Assembly: GCF_001447785.1 (NCBI RefSeq)
Contig: NW_015160219.1
Span: forward strand, 22,650-86,649
Direction: 5' to 3'
Length of the DNA stretch: 64,000 nt
Origin: Gekko japonicus
Lineage: Eukaryota
In this document: positions 36,601-47,049 of the stretch, piece after piece
Layout: the number at the start of each line of letters is the position of its first letter
Numbering within the stretch: the first letter of the stretch is position 1
Position numbers and translations under genes: made by a program
The notes under the pieces: generated by a model
The model's database searches: none
What the model was told of the DNA's origin: nothing
Seen by the model: the letters and a program-made list of their open reading frames with translations, nothing else

Positions 36601-37830
36601 TATCACCTCTACTGAGCTGCTTAATGACCTTTGAGGGCAGGGTAAATTAGTCTCACTTGCAAGAGGAGATGAGTCAAACCACCTCTCCCCTCATTGTGGC
36701 CCAGTTAATTGCCCCCCCCTTCCCCAGCCACACATGCAGCTGCTTTTGCCCTTTTGTTGGGTCTCCCAACATCATGTCAAGCCTAACTATGTGGAGTTGA
36801 ACATACGTTCTGTACATGTTACTTTTTGCTTTATCTTCCTGTGTTTGCTCCTCTCCCTGTGCTGAGTTTTAGTTTCAAGTTCCCTTGGGTGGTTCTCTGT
36901 CATCTTGTGTTTTCTCCAGTAGAAGTGGTGCCCCCAGCAAAGTCAGATGCACTGATTTTGGACTCAGCAGCCCATGGGCTTCAAAAACTTGACTGGGTGG
37001 GGCGTTTGGGTTTTCAGAAGCAGAACACCATTTTCTTTCAGTCTTTTCAGGCTGTCCAGTGTTATTCGCCAAGTGAAATTCCTCAAGGAGTGTCACTGGC
37101 CAGTTGTAACAGCAGCACAGGATGTCCTGTTTTTCACCAGGCAGACATCCAGTGGAAAATTAATCATGTCTCATCCTCTTCTTGAATTGGCCAAGGGAGA
37201 AGTGTTATACCTTCTTTAGGGAGGTAGAGAAAATGAAGGCTGGCTGTAAAATGGCTAGTAGTTCATTGCTGAATTAGACATTTTCTATGCAGAACAATCA
37301 CAATACTGAAATCTATTAAAAAGTTGGTCGTAAACACCTCAGAGACATTTTCTATGCAGAACAATCACAATAGTGAAATCTATTAAAAAGAGATAACACT
37401 TTGTTTTTCATGTATGCTACCTTTCCTTGTTTCCACAGCTGTGATCACTGTTGTCGATGAAGCTATCAGACTAAGTAGAAGAGTGATCATTGTGTTAGTA
37501 CCAGATTCATATTCCAACAAAGTGCAGAGAGATACCAATGAACAACAAATAGCTATCTACAATGCTCTTATTCGGGATGACATTAAAGTTATATTGATTT
37601 TGCTGGACAAAATAAAAGACTATGCCAACATGCCGGAACCTATAAAATATCTGAAACAAAGACATGGGGTACTCATATGGAAAGGAGATTTTTCAGAGCA
37701 ATCTCAGCTAGCAACTACAAAGTTCTGGAAAAATGTGCGGTATCGAATGCCAGTTAGACATAGTCCACCTTCCTTGGACCATCAGTTGATGCCAGTGACT
37801 CTTACAGCTACTTGGATATCAGAAGGATGA
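15569..37830 (+). CDS. IL1R1: Interleukin-1 receptor type 1-like, complete spliced CDS: join(15569..15626,17235..17454,21499..21676,25864..26032,27521..27583,27686..27806,28777..28922,32829..32972,36207..36371,37439..37830), 551 aa
   Basis: All ten exons have AG/GT ends, and the phases (1,2,0,1,1,2,1,1,1) give one open frame of 1656 nt. Domain order is signal peptide, 3 Ig, TM, TIR. Motifs VGEAVAISCP, IHQRRNLLWLIPA, TYMGKWYNVSR, YPKNNSIEVELGS, FKVDIVLWYR, DGKLYDAYV, LPEVLEKQCGY and FWKNVRYRMP resemble chicken IL1R1 as recalled. It lies directly upstream of an IL1RL2-like gene. Orthologue versus local paralogue is unresolved. Confidence 0.9.
17235..17454 (+). CDS. IL1R1: IL1R1 coding exon 2: Ig domain 1
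   Basis: (T)11AG acceptor in phase 1; VGEAVAISCP..NVTWYRNGS..EDSGFYECHI; donor GG/GTATGT. Confidence 0.9.
17776..18041 (+). mobile_element. tRNA-derived SINE, Squam3-like (older relatives near 16665, 26095, 55030)
   Basis: TGGTATAGTGGTTAAGAGC..GGTTTGATTCCCC boxes, core CCTCACAGGGTGTCTGTTGTG, simple-repeat tail. Confidence 0.8.
18190..19350 (-). mobile_element. L2-like LINE 3' fragment, interrupted by a Penelope relic
   Basis: Degenerate RAFLVTAPKLWNSLP and DKTELL motifs on the minus strand; related pieces near 22520-22700 and 62570-62830. Confidence 0.65.
19561..19912 (+). mobile_element. Full-length Sauria SINE nested in a Penelope relic
   Basis: tRNA-like A box TGGCTCAAGTGG, B box GTTCAAGACC and (ACCTTT)n tail. 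Confidence 0.88.
20174..20213 (+). ncRNA. Minimal type-I hammerhead ribozyme motif in a Penelope pLTR
   Basis: GTAG-CTGAAGA-A-GTGAG/CTTAC stem II-GAAA-GC-TC-ATAC. Confidence 0.65.
21499..21676 (+). CDS. IL1R1: IL1R1 coding exon 3: D1-D2 linker and first half of Ig2
   Basis: ctttacAG acceptor; LQVFENDDGLYFN..NGNLVCPDLEYF..LQWSK; AAG/GTAATG donor. Confidence 0.9.
22004..22503. mobile_element. Penelope pLTR-derived palindromic insertion
   Basis: Inverted arms of about 180 bp (22144-22506); 13-bp direct repeat CAATTGTAGTCAT on both sides. Confidence 0.75.
23791..24076 (+). mobile_element. 5'-truncated Sauria SINE
   Basis: Aligns with about 19630-19912; (ACCTTT)n tail. Confidence 0.88.
25864..26032 (+). 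CDS. IL1R1: IL1R1 coding exon 4: second half of Ig2
   Basis: tttcAG acceptor; SINNVNESDKGIYVCQTTYTYMGKWYNVSR; G/GTATGT donor. Confidence 0.92.
26613..27043. mobile_element. hAT/Charlie-type MITE
   Basis: Imperfect TIRs and perfect 8-bp TSD GTCTAGAC (NTCTAGAN preference). Confidence 0.8.
27521..27583 (+). CDS. IL1R1: IL1R1 coding exon 5: D2-D3 linker
   Basis: SPLKLPQIIYPKNNSIEVEL; AG/GT flanks, phase 1-1. Confidence 0.9.
27686..27806 (+). CDS. IL1R1: IL1R1 coding exon 6: first half of Ig3
   Basis: GSKVLIECNASG..AWEVNG; donor TC/GTGAGT. Confidence 0.9.
28003..28190 (+). mobile_element. Second-family Penelope pLTR inverted pair with a degenerate hammerhead (28079-28119)
   Basis: Inverted arms TAGTTGTTGTAGATTTTC/GAAAATCTACAACAACTA; CCT-CTGAGGA-T-GCCAG/CTGGC-aAAA-CG-TC-AGG. 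Confidence 0.7.
28777..28922 (+). CDS. IL1R1: IL1R1 coding exon 7: second half of Ig3
   Basis: GTKFNISVVKNKDYLTFLCFV..YIMLQRP; donor A/GTAAGT. Confidence 0.9.
29579..29950. mobile_element. hAT-type MITE
   Basis: TIR TAGGGATGGGCA; TSD GCGG(G/T)GAT. Confidence 0.8.
30400..30566 (+). mobile_element. 5S rRNA-derived SINE (other heads at about 11112-11200 and 15070-15170)
   Basis: GATCTTGGAAGCTAAGCAGGGT..GGTTAGTATTTGGATGGGAGACC 5S-like internal promoter joined to a non-5S tail. Confidence 0.75.
32829..32972 (+). CDS. IL1R1: IL1R1 coding exon 8: transmembrane segment
   Basis: KNIQGYLIGGLVSPILVILAAVLTYKIFKVDIVLWYR; 144 nt, phase 1-1. Confidence 0.93.
34866..35570 (-). mobile_element. CR1 LINE fragment: ORF1 SGNH-esterase C-terminus and ORF2 endonuclease start
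   Basis: FSEVLPVP..LNVWMRQWC..DGLHLS followed by CLYTNARS..GISETW..GYKLYRKDR. Confidence 0.92.
36207..36371 (+). CDS. IL1R1: IL1R1 coding exon 9: TIR box 1 and box 2
   Basis: VSDGKLYDAYVVYP..LPEVLEKQCGYNLFICGRDDLPGQ; BB-loop Pro intact. Confidence 0.93.
37439..37830 (+). CDS. IL1R1: IL1R1 coding exon 10: TIR C-terminal half and stop
   Basis: SRRVIIVLVP..IKVILI..KFWKNVRYRMP (box 3); TGA at 37828-37830. Confidence 0.95.
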
Positions 37831-38183
37831 CAAGGTTACAGCTGAATTGTATTGTTTACCTATGTCTTTTCTTATGAATGGTGCCAAGGTGCTTATGGGT
37901 GTGCTGTATGGCTATGCATATGGCATCTTTGAGGTTGGAATCATGCCCAGAAATGTACATTTGTAAGCACTTAAAGAGATCCAGCTACAATAGTCTGTGT
38001 TTAGCCATGCACCTGAAGTTTTGGACCTACCATGGGAATTATCATGTGGATGATTAAGAGGAAAAAGGAAACAGCCGCTACTTTATATAAGAGAATTACT
38101 CTACAGTTAAAAGAAAGAAATATGAAGGAACCTTTTCAGGTTATGCACATCTTTAAATGTTTTAACCAAAAACCAAGAGTTTG

Positions 38184-38666
38184 AATAAAACAGCTGCTGT
38201 TTGTAGCTGCTTCACTCTTCATGGCCTTGTTTGTTCATCCTTTAAAACTACAGCTCTATATACTGTGCATATTACTCTAGTATCTCCCAAGGAGAAATAG
38301 AACACTGTAACTCGTTATCCAGGTAGATTGCCTTGCCAAAATGTGAATGCAAAAGCAAAGAATGCTTGGTTCATATTTTTATGAAATGTTAAATTTTTTA
38401 ATCCTGACATAAATTATGAGATTGATTTTGATGTTAATTGGGTAGTAGGGTGGGATTTTTTAAAAAGCTTAAGACATCTGCACAGCATTCAAATAGTTAA
38501 ACATGTAATTCAGTTACGGGCACTTTGCAATGCTATGGGCACTTTGCAATGAGCAGTAGCTGTACTTAAACATAAATGCCTTATTTTTATGGCAGAGGTT
38601 TGCAATAAACTCTTAAGAATGTTATAATTTTTATAATTATATGATTGCTATGAATAGCATAATAAA
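38184..38666 (+). terminator. Candidate IL1R1 polyadenylation signals: AATAAA at 38184, 38604 and 38661
   Basis: Canonical hexamers in the AT-rich 3' UTR before repeats resume at about 38700. Which one is used cannot be determined from sequence. Confidence 0.5.
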
Positions 38667-38699
38667 GCCGTTCCTAATAATTCTTGCATTGTCGTGGTT

Positions 38700-38918
38700 T
38701 AAATTAAGGGCGGGAAGATGCTGGATATTAGGGAAAACTTTTTTTACAGTAGGAGTTGTGCAACAGTGGAATCAGCTGCCTAGGGAGGTGGTGAGCTCCT
38801 CCTCACTGGCAGTCGTTAAGCAGCAGCTGGACAAGCATGGCAAATCCTGCATTGGGCAGGGGGTTGGACTAGATGGCCTGTGTGGCCCCTTCCAGCTCTG
38901 TGAGTCTATGATTCTATG
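38700..38918 (+). mobile_element. CR1 3' end (related ends near 12070-12131 and 28350-28708)
   Basis: FFTVGVVQQWNQLPREVV followed by GGGTTGGACTAGATGGCC..CCTTCCAGCTC..ATTCTAT. Confidence 0.8.
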
Positions 38919-40650
38919 GTCAGTATTGTCTCCTGACTGGCAGCAGCTCCTCCAGATCTCAGGTGGAAGACTTTCATGGATTCAGTAGCATAGCCATGGC
39001 CCCGTTCACACGGGGAAGTAGCTGCGGGAGAGCCACGGGTGGTGGGCGGATTATTCGGGCGCGATCACACCACCACATCTGGCAAGTGGAGCGCACCCGT
39101 GGCCAACCCGTGGCTTCCCAGGGAAAACCCGGAGTTAAAAACTACCTGCTTAGATGTACTATCTTCCGGTAAATGCACGGCACGGGCGGGCATCTGATCG
39201 GAGACGTGCTGGTAGCCCGTCGCATCCAGCGGTGTCCGCGTCAGGCACATGTGCACATGTCCTACAGTTTTCCTGCTGTGTTGCCTCGCTGGTCTGATCG
39301 GCTGCTGACAGCCGGAGGACGGAGCCGCGGGGGAACATGAGATCGCGCTACCGCTCTTTTTTTCCTCTGCAGCTAAAAGCCTCTGTTCCCCTGCGGATTA
39401 TCCAGCTCGTGTGATCGGGGTCCATGTTGGTCTGAAGCAGCAAAACAAAGATACAGATCTGAAGGAGCGTGTGTGGACATGAATGCGTATACCCAGAATA
39501 AAACTTTATGGGTCTTAAAGGTGCCACTGGACTCATGTTTATTCATAGTAACTGAGCTAGCCATGACCAAGGTGAATAGTGCTCTCAAACAATCTGCATT
39601 GAGCCGAAAGGAAAACTTGGGTAGACAAAACCTAAGCAGGTCATGTTTGAGTCACTTGGGGGTTCAGTAACTTCTCTCTAACTTTGTAAAATCAGAGATT
39701 ATTTTAAACAATGCTGGGAATTCTGAATAGGGAAGCAAATCCTGCTTTATACAAAGAACACCATGAAATGCTTGGGAATCTAACTGCTAAAAAGAAAGTA
39801 GCTAATAAATGATGCTATTCTAATTTTCTAGCATTAAAAGACGATGTCTGAGAGCTGAAAGGTTGCTAGAAGGACTGAATAAGTATATCATCGAGGAAAG
39901 AAAATGCATTTATGCTGCATCCATGCAGTAAGGATACTCTTGTTGCTGCTGTGAATGCAGAGGCATTTTCTGTGCACTTTCCTCCATCAGCTACCATTTC
40001 CCCTGCGTTTTTCCCTGCCTTGCCACTGGAGGACTTCATATAACACTGGAAATTGCTGTGGCCCTATAATGTTACCGTGCGGATTTTTAGAAGCCCTCAA
40101 AAAGCCTTCCGGTACAGAGGGGGATATGACAGCTGCGAGGGACTGCAGGAGGAAAATGGTGCCAGTGTGGGTAGGACTTTAGACGACATGCACCTTCCTG
40201 TTCAGATGGTGTGCTAACTTGCTTGGACTGTATTCTTTCTGGAAAGATTGTAGCCATGCAGGCTTTAGAAAGTATACACTGAGGACAGGAAGAACCTGGA
40301 AAGTGGACTGTTTGAGGAGGTTGTGTGGGATGCTCTAAAACAACAGAAACCATACTTCTTCCATTAATGGAGCAACAGGCTGAATCTCTCTCCCCCCTCC
40401 GTGTATGTGTGTAGGAGATTCTTGGTTGGTTTCTATATTTTAATTGTTTGTTTTATAGCCCGACCTCCTCTGGAAGCAGGCTTAGGGTGGGTAACAACAG
40501 TAACAATAACATTTAAAACATTCAAAACAATAAATATAAACATTAAGAACAATGTCTAATATCAATATCAGATGGCAGCCAAAACATTGGAACAAGTTAA
40601 TACACCCCAGGTTTTTCATCGAGTGCAACAATAGATGTTAAAATAATGTA

Positions 40651-41419
40651 GGCCCATTCTACATCTAGCATTCGCTCTGCTGTTTTACCAAACCCACACC
40701 GGAACAGAAAAAGATGTGGTTCAAAACCACATTCAAATGCCCCAGGCCAACGCTGTACTGACCAACGCTGTACTGACCAACGGCCATAAAATGGCCATAA
40801 ATCTATGCAGACAGTACCATAAAAAAGAGAGATCAAAGGAAGTGAAACCAGCATGCAGTGTGGAGGCTACCATAAAATTCAGCAAAGAAAATGAAACTGG
40901 CATGTGCTGCCCCTGGTAGAGATTAGGTTAGTAAAGCATAGCAAGTTTACTGTATCTTTAAATATATAACAAATTGTGGGTAATGTAGTTTTAGTAACCT
41001 TAAAGTCAGCTGGTTAGGAGTAGCCTTCCTGATTGGTTTTATACAGCCTCCTCTTCCTTTGATACATTTGCCCCGGGGAAAACTGTCTTCTTCTTCTCAG
41101 TTTGTTTGTAATCTTCTTAGTTAAGCAGACGGGAGAGATTCAGCTCCTTTTACCGCATGAATCACTCAAAAGACTCCAAACTTTACGCCTCCTATCAGCA
41201 CCAAGAAAGTGGATGTGAGTAAACTAACCTTTGGATGCTTAAAGAGTTGAATAAAGTTGGTTCTAAATGAGTGAAGACTGTGTGTTAAATACTTAGCGGT
41301 CCCTGCTGCCAGCTCCGCAGCTGCCAGGAACTGTACATGGCATGCAATGTAGAGAGGAATTTCTGTTCCAATGTGGGTTTGGTAAAACAGCAGAGCGAAT
41401 GCTAGATGCAGAATGGGCC
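40651..41419. mobile_element. Non-autonomous DNA element with ~60-bp TIRs
   Basis: GGCCCATTCTACATCTAGCATTCGCTCTGCTGTTTTACCAAACCCAC is mirrored at about 41358-41419; related left end at about 13102-13308. Confidence 0.65.
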
Positions 41420-43179
41420 ACAGAGGAACAGGCCAAACTGACAAAATGGACATTTGTGGTACTTCAGTAGCCAACACAAAATAAGTGGCTTATTACACAG
41501 CTGACTTGGTTGCATAGGTTGGACACTGTTTGCATAATGAGCAAATTAGGCTACCCAGATTTGAGACTGGGAAATGGCAAGTTACAACGGAGAAGTTTGC
41601 AGTTCCATCTGTAATATTGGCAGTATTTGTAGTTTGATCTTGGATACAACTGTTTATGAGTATTGCACATATTTCCATTTTGCCCGTGATTTCTATATTA
41701 TTCAAAAAGTACAGAAAGAAAGGAAACCAACATTCGAGGGTGCTGGTAGGCAGTCCCACCCCTAACTCTAGATGTGGCCCAAGATAGGAAACTAGTTCTT
41801 AGAACGACAAAAAAAATGTGAACCGCCCAGAGACCCCTTCGGGGGTTAGGGCGGTATATCAAGCCTAAAGTAATAAATAAAATAAATAATAAATCTCTAT
41901 TCTTGTATCAAGTTTCTCATCTACTCCAGCCCTGATGTCAAACATTGCTGAATGCATTATTTGGAGTTGGTGATTTCCACCACAAATGGGTGGCATGTAG
42001 CCTATGGCAAACATAATGGCTAAGTCAGGCCTGAGTAGAAAGTGTATTAGGATTTGATAGAAGTTCAGTTTGGCAAGTATGAATCATTTATACTTTAGGT
42101 CTTCCGCATCTGACTACATTCCATTTCAGTTTAGTTTTTTCTTTAGCTTCCTCCTACATAATCTCCAAGTGTAGTTTCCGCCCTACCACTCCCTGGCAAC
42201 TCTTCCCAGGCTCTCCTTTAGATGTGATCAGTTGAGACTGAAAACACCCGCCTTGACTTCTCATAAACTACAGAAGGACTGGAAAATAAGTTGTGACTGC
42301 TTGGTAAGTTCCCATTATTTGTCCTCCCCTACTTCATTCTCATTCCTGCCACAGTACTGAATTCATATAAGTCTAGTTGTGGCAGCTGTTGGGTTCATTT
42401 AAGCTATGACTCAGTAAAACACAACCACCTGGACCGGGGCCCAGTGTTCTGCTGGGTACTGGTGTGGTTGTAGCACTCCTCCTGAGACTTGAGAGAGATA
42501 GGTGAAGGAATTAGAAATTCCGCACTGCTTTACGCAAGACTTTTAAAGGTCCCTTTTCTTCATTATACAATACCTTTCTGAATATTGCTTTCTCTTAGAT
42601 TGCAAGAAAACCAGAATTTGAAAGTGAACAGTGAGCGATATGAAGGGATGTTTTATTTTGTATAAAGACTGTTGGTTTTTCTGTTGTTTTGTTGTACCAG
42701 GATGAGAGACTGTTCTTTTTCTGTTGTTTCCCCTGCCATGTGGCTTCTTCAGACTAGATAACTGTATTTTACTAACAAAAATATTCCCAGTACTAAAGGG
42801 GTAATTGAACCTCCCAACTTGTTTTTTTTTACCTCAAGAGGTCCATTCAGAAGTTTCAAATTGCTGATTCTGACCTAGCCATATATGTTATGTAGTATTT
42901 CCTGTATGAAGGCATACCAGCGGCTAACATTTTAACATCTCTTTTCACAAGGTCTTTTGTCTAGTTTCTTTACAAAAGAAACTTATCTTTGCTCAGATCC
43001 CAAAAGATGCTTTGAATGAAGCAGCCCCTTTCAGAATTTTGATTGAGATAATTAAATGTTAAATGTGAGATGGTTATTCCATACCACTGTAAAACCCTTG
43101 CTGACTTCCCCCTTTTTTGAAAGAAGAAACTGGCTGAACCTGTAAGAAGCTATTTCTGTAACTTCTGTCTGTCGTTTTC

Positions 43180-43530
43180 CACTTCTCAGGCGTAAACTTT
43201 GCGGGGGCTGGGAAGCTCACCCCTTCCCCGAAATTTTCCAGGGGTTACTGAGCCTCCCCCGGGGGCTGGGCAACCAGAGCTTTGCTAACCCCCCACGTCC
43301 CCCACCCCATTTTGAAAGCGGAGGGGTTTTCCCCTCCGCTTTCTGACACTGAATTTGGCTGGTTTGGGACTGGGAGAGAAGTCAGAGCGGGGGCTTGCTT
43401 CCTCCTGGAAGCTAAGCCCCACCACAGCTCCCAGGAGTCCTCAGTTCAGCCTGGAGGAGCTGGAGGGCTGCACATGGAGACGGGATTCACTGCTTTCCCG
43501 CGCAGCGCGCGCACCAGGCAAGGTAAGGAA
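43180..43530 (+). promoter_or_regulatory. Putative IL1RL2 promoter and first non-coding exon (donor AAG/GTAAGG after 43522)
   Basis: GC/CpG-enriched non-repeat patch, kappaB consensus GGGGTTTTCC at 43323-43332, GC-box-like GCGGGG, strong 5' splice site. Confidence 0.5.
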
Positions 43531-45042
43531 GCGTGCTTGCCCAGGAAAGCTAAGCCTCAATTCCTTCTCTGTTTCCTGTGGCTCTTTTAATTCCCTATAT
43601 TAGCGAGAGAGAAAAACCACCCTTTTTACGATTGACGATTTGGCTGCCACTTTCTTCCAGTCTTTCTCCCCCCGCTTTTTCTTTACAAATGTAAGCTACC
43701 ATGTGCTTTTCAAGTTTCGCGTTTCTGAGAAGGGAGCTTGCCTAGGGCACGGGTAAAGTTTCTGGTAGAAACTGAGGGAGATTTTTTTTTTTTAAAGCCT
43801 GAGCGCTGTTAACTTAATGTAACCGTTTCTTTCCGCAGCAGCTGGCTCCTCAATGTTTTGGTTAGCAACCTGCTGTAGCTTGGATTAGTGGTAGCCTTGA
43901 ATAAAGGTCTTTTTAAAACACACCGAAGCAATTTCTTCTCACACACTTTACTCCCCCCCCAACTTCTTTTTTCCAACTTATCCCACATTATGATTAGATT
44001 TTTTTTAAAAAATCTGCTAGACAACGCTTGTTGCGGTCTATTGTTTCTCCCTCTGGGAAGCCCAAAGGCTTCATCTGTGTGTTCTCAAAGAGGAAGGAAC
44101 TGGCCGGTGATGCTCTCTTCATTTTAACAGCACGAAGATGGGGTTTATTTATTTATTGTTCTTTGTGGTACAAGCACAGTGGCTGTTGCCATGAATAAGT
44201 AGTGCAGGACTTAAAAAAGATCCCACTCTGGGTCTTATAATGCACATTGATTAGGCCTTAATAAAATGCAAAATCAGGGCAGTAAAGAGGCTTCTTTTGC
44301 CACTTCTTGTTGCATAGTTAGGAGATGCAATCCTGATCAGGTCCACTCAGAAGTAAGTCCCATTTTAATAAGTGGAGCTTATTCCCAAGAAAGTGTTCTT
44401 GGGATTGCAGCTGGACTCCAGTCCATGTTAGTAGTATATAGAAACAGGAAATGGTAGTTATTTTGGATTCTGAATAAAGATGTCTTAGCTTGTAGGTGAT
44501 GTGAAAGCCATTTTGGTCCAGGAGACAGAAAGCTGCCCCATGACCTGGGAGAGTGGAATTCAAGTGTTATGCTAGTAAACTTGGATGTATACATACATCT
44601 GTAGATTTATGAATGTGTGTTGCATCTGCTTTTTCTCTTCCACTGCAGTGTCTGAAGACAATCTCTTGCAGGAGATATGCACACTGGGTTTTTTTTGGCC
44701 CCCTGAAGGGGATTTTTTAATTGCATTTTATATAAGGACTACAAACTAAAATGAAAATAGGGAAGGGGAAATACATTTAAGGAGAAAGAAAAGATAACCA
44801 CTACTAACTAAAAACCCAAGAGAGGAGATAATCAAATTAGCTTGTACACAATGCCATCCCTTAAAACGCTAACAATTTTATGAACTTAGTCAGATATGCT
44901 AATATAACTTTTAAATCTTAAATTTAGCTGTTGGAAAAAGACCCCTAAGCATCTCAATATTAACAACAGTATTTTCAAAGGCACACTTGTTGAGATGCTT
45001 GCACTGTGTGTTCATTTCTCTCACTCAAGAATAGAAAGGCAA

Positions 45043-45351
45043 TGTAATGTATCCATCTCAGACTGCGTGCGTGGCCATTTCACCACACGGTCAGGTGAAG
45101 TGACCGAGCTTCACTCTCAGTAACAATGGGACAAGCGGATCCTAGCCTGCACCTACCGGCAGGCTAGGCTCCTGGCCGAGAGCCTATGGAACTCTTGGCC
45201 ACTGTAAATAGCCAATCACTTGTGTGTGGGTGTGTTTGGGGAGCGGGGTTGTGCACATATAAACCAGCCTGCGAGCTGGGTACTCTCGTCTTGTTCTGAG
45301 CTGAAATAAAGTATGAGAGCTGAAATCACTAGTAAATCTCAATACTTTTCA
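45043..45351 (+). mobile_element. Solo LTR related to the Gypsy LTR at 6737
   Basis: TGTAATGTATCC..ATACTTTTCA termini shared with 6737-7031; perfect 5-bp TSD GGCAA. Confidence 0.9.
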
Positions 45352-45626
45352 GGCAAAAAGTTTAAGCACTCATCCTTTTAATCTATCTGTGCTTTTTGCG
45401 TCAGCCCAAATAGTATGTGAACTTTTCCTACCAACAGGAATAATGGTGAACTGTTTCACAGTGTTACACACAATAGAGACATGAAGTAATTTACTATAGT
45501 ACTATATAAATATGTTGCAGTGGTGTAAGCGATAACTTTCTTCAAGTTTACTCCACTGTGGAAGACCTAACTTAGTGAAGCATGTTACCACCAAGCACCA
45601 GAGCCTGGAATTTAAATGTAATCATT

Positions 45627-46329
45627 GGCCCCGGTCACATGGGCCAGAAAATGCGGGGGGGAAGCTTGGCTGTTTGCCCCGGAACAAAATAACGCGCGGC
45701 TGCACAATCAGACATCCCGTCGAGGTCCCATCGAGGTCCCGTGGTTATGGGGGAGGTGCCGATCACAGGACAATCCTGCGGCGCAGCAAAGAAGCGGCCT
45801 CTCTAACAAAAGGCTCCGCGGGTTTAACCCCTTCCAGGGCTGCAGAGGAATGCAAACTGTGTCCTCTGTCCGGTCCCCTTCAGGAGGAGCTTCAGCCGGG
45901 CCGCCCTCCCGCCACGCCCCCCCTGGACCTCCCCCTCTGCAGCCCGAGCCAGGAGTGGGGGGGTACGGAAAAGAGGAGGGGGCTGTGTTGTTTGTTTTTA
46001 AACAAAGTGTGCGCATGTGCCATTGGGTGCTTGTGCGCATCCCGTGGAGACTTTTTTTTTTAAAAAAAACCTTTTAGTGATGGGACATTGGCAGGCGCCG
46101 GATGCCACGACTTACCACCGGAAACGCGATCAGACGCCCACCCTTGCCCCACGGTTTCCAGAAACTAGTACCTCAGAGGTACTAGTTTTTTAAGCTGCAT
46201 CTTCGGCGGGAAGCCTCGGGTGAGCCACGGGAGCGCTATGCTTCCCAGATGTTGCGGTGTGATCACGCCCGGAAAATCCACCTATCTTCCGTCTCTGTAG
46301 CGTGGCTAATGCTCCATGTGACCGCAGCC
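45627..46329. mobile_element. PIF/Harbinger-like MITE (relatives at about 38998-39423, 49757-49945, 52790-53320)
   Basis: Imperfect TIR GGCCCCGGTCACATGG/CCATGTGACCGCAGCC, 3-bp TSD ATT, CpG-rich body. Confidence 0.65.
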
Positions 46330-46510
46330 ATTGATAGTCTTGCAGAACTGAGTTAACCATTATGCAAAGTAGCTGTAGTGTCCTCCCATAACTAGATTTT
46401 TAGCTCCTTTTCTGATGCAGTTGTATGGTAGACTGAAAGAGTGCCCACTGCTTGGAGTGAACTCCTTTAAATAGCAGCTTTATCACAAAGTAAGAAATCA
46501 GAAGAACTGT

Positions 46511-46832
46511 AAGTAAATGCGAATTTACTTACGGCAGGATATTGGAAACAGGAGGATACACCGTCTAGAGAGGAATTTATAGTTAAAATTACAGAAATAG
46601 CCGATTTGGATAACTTGACAATGAAGCTTCAAGGGAAAGAAGATGATGTTTTTGATAATATTTGGTTAAAATTTTATAGATGGTTAGAGAAGAACGTTTA
46701 GATCAACCGATAGGCATGAAAAACGGAGTGAATGTGCTGTTGTCCATAGCGGATATGTAAACCCTGTTAAGGAATCCATGTTTATGTTGTATGGGGTTTG
46801 TTTCAAATAATAAATATCATATTAAAAAAAAA
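46511..46832 (+). mobile_element. 5'-truncated L1-type LINE 3' end
   Basis: ORF2-like C-terminus (YWKQEDTPS..WLKFYRWL), AATAAA plus poly(A), 19-bp TSD AAGAAATCAGAAGAACTGT. Confidence 0.85.
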
Positions 46833-47010
46833 AAGAAATCAGAAGAACTGTCCTCCAGTGAAGAAAAGCATATTTGTATAAAACTGGTGACTAAATAGTA
46901 GACAATTCCAGAGGCAGAAATGGAAGGAGGGGAAGGTAGTTTGTGGGTGAATACTAGAAAAGAACAAGTGTCCAATAGCACCTTAAAGACTAACAAAATA
47001 TGTGGTAGGC

Positions 47011-47049
47011 TATGAGCTTTCGTGAGTCACTGCTCACTTCTTCAGATAC
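47011..47049 (-). ncRNA. Minimal type-I hammerhead ribozyme motif, intact core
   Basis: Minus strand GTAT-CTGAAGA-A-GTGAG-cagtga-CTCAC-GAAA-GC-TC-ATA. Confidence 0.7.
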
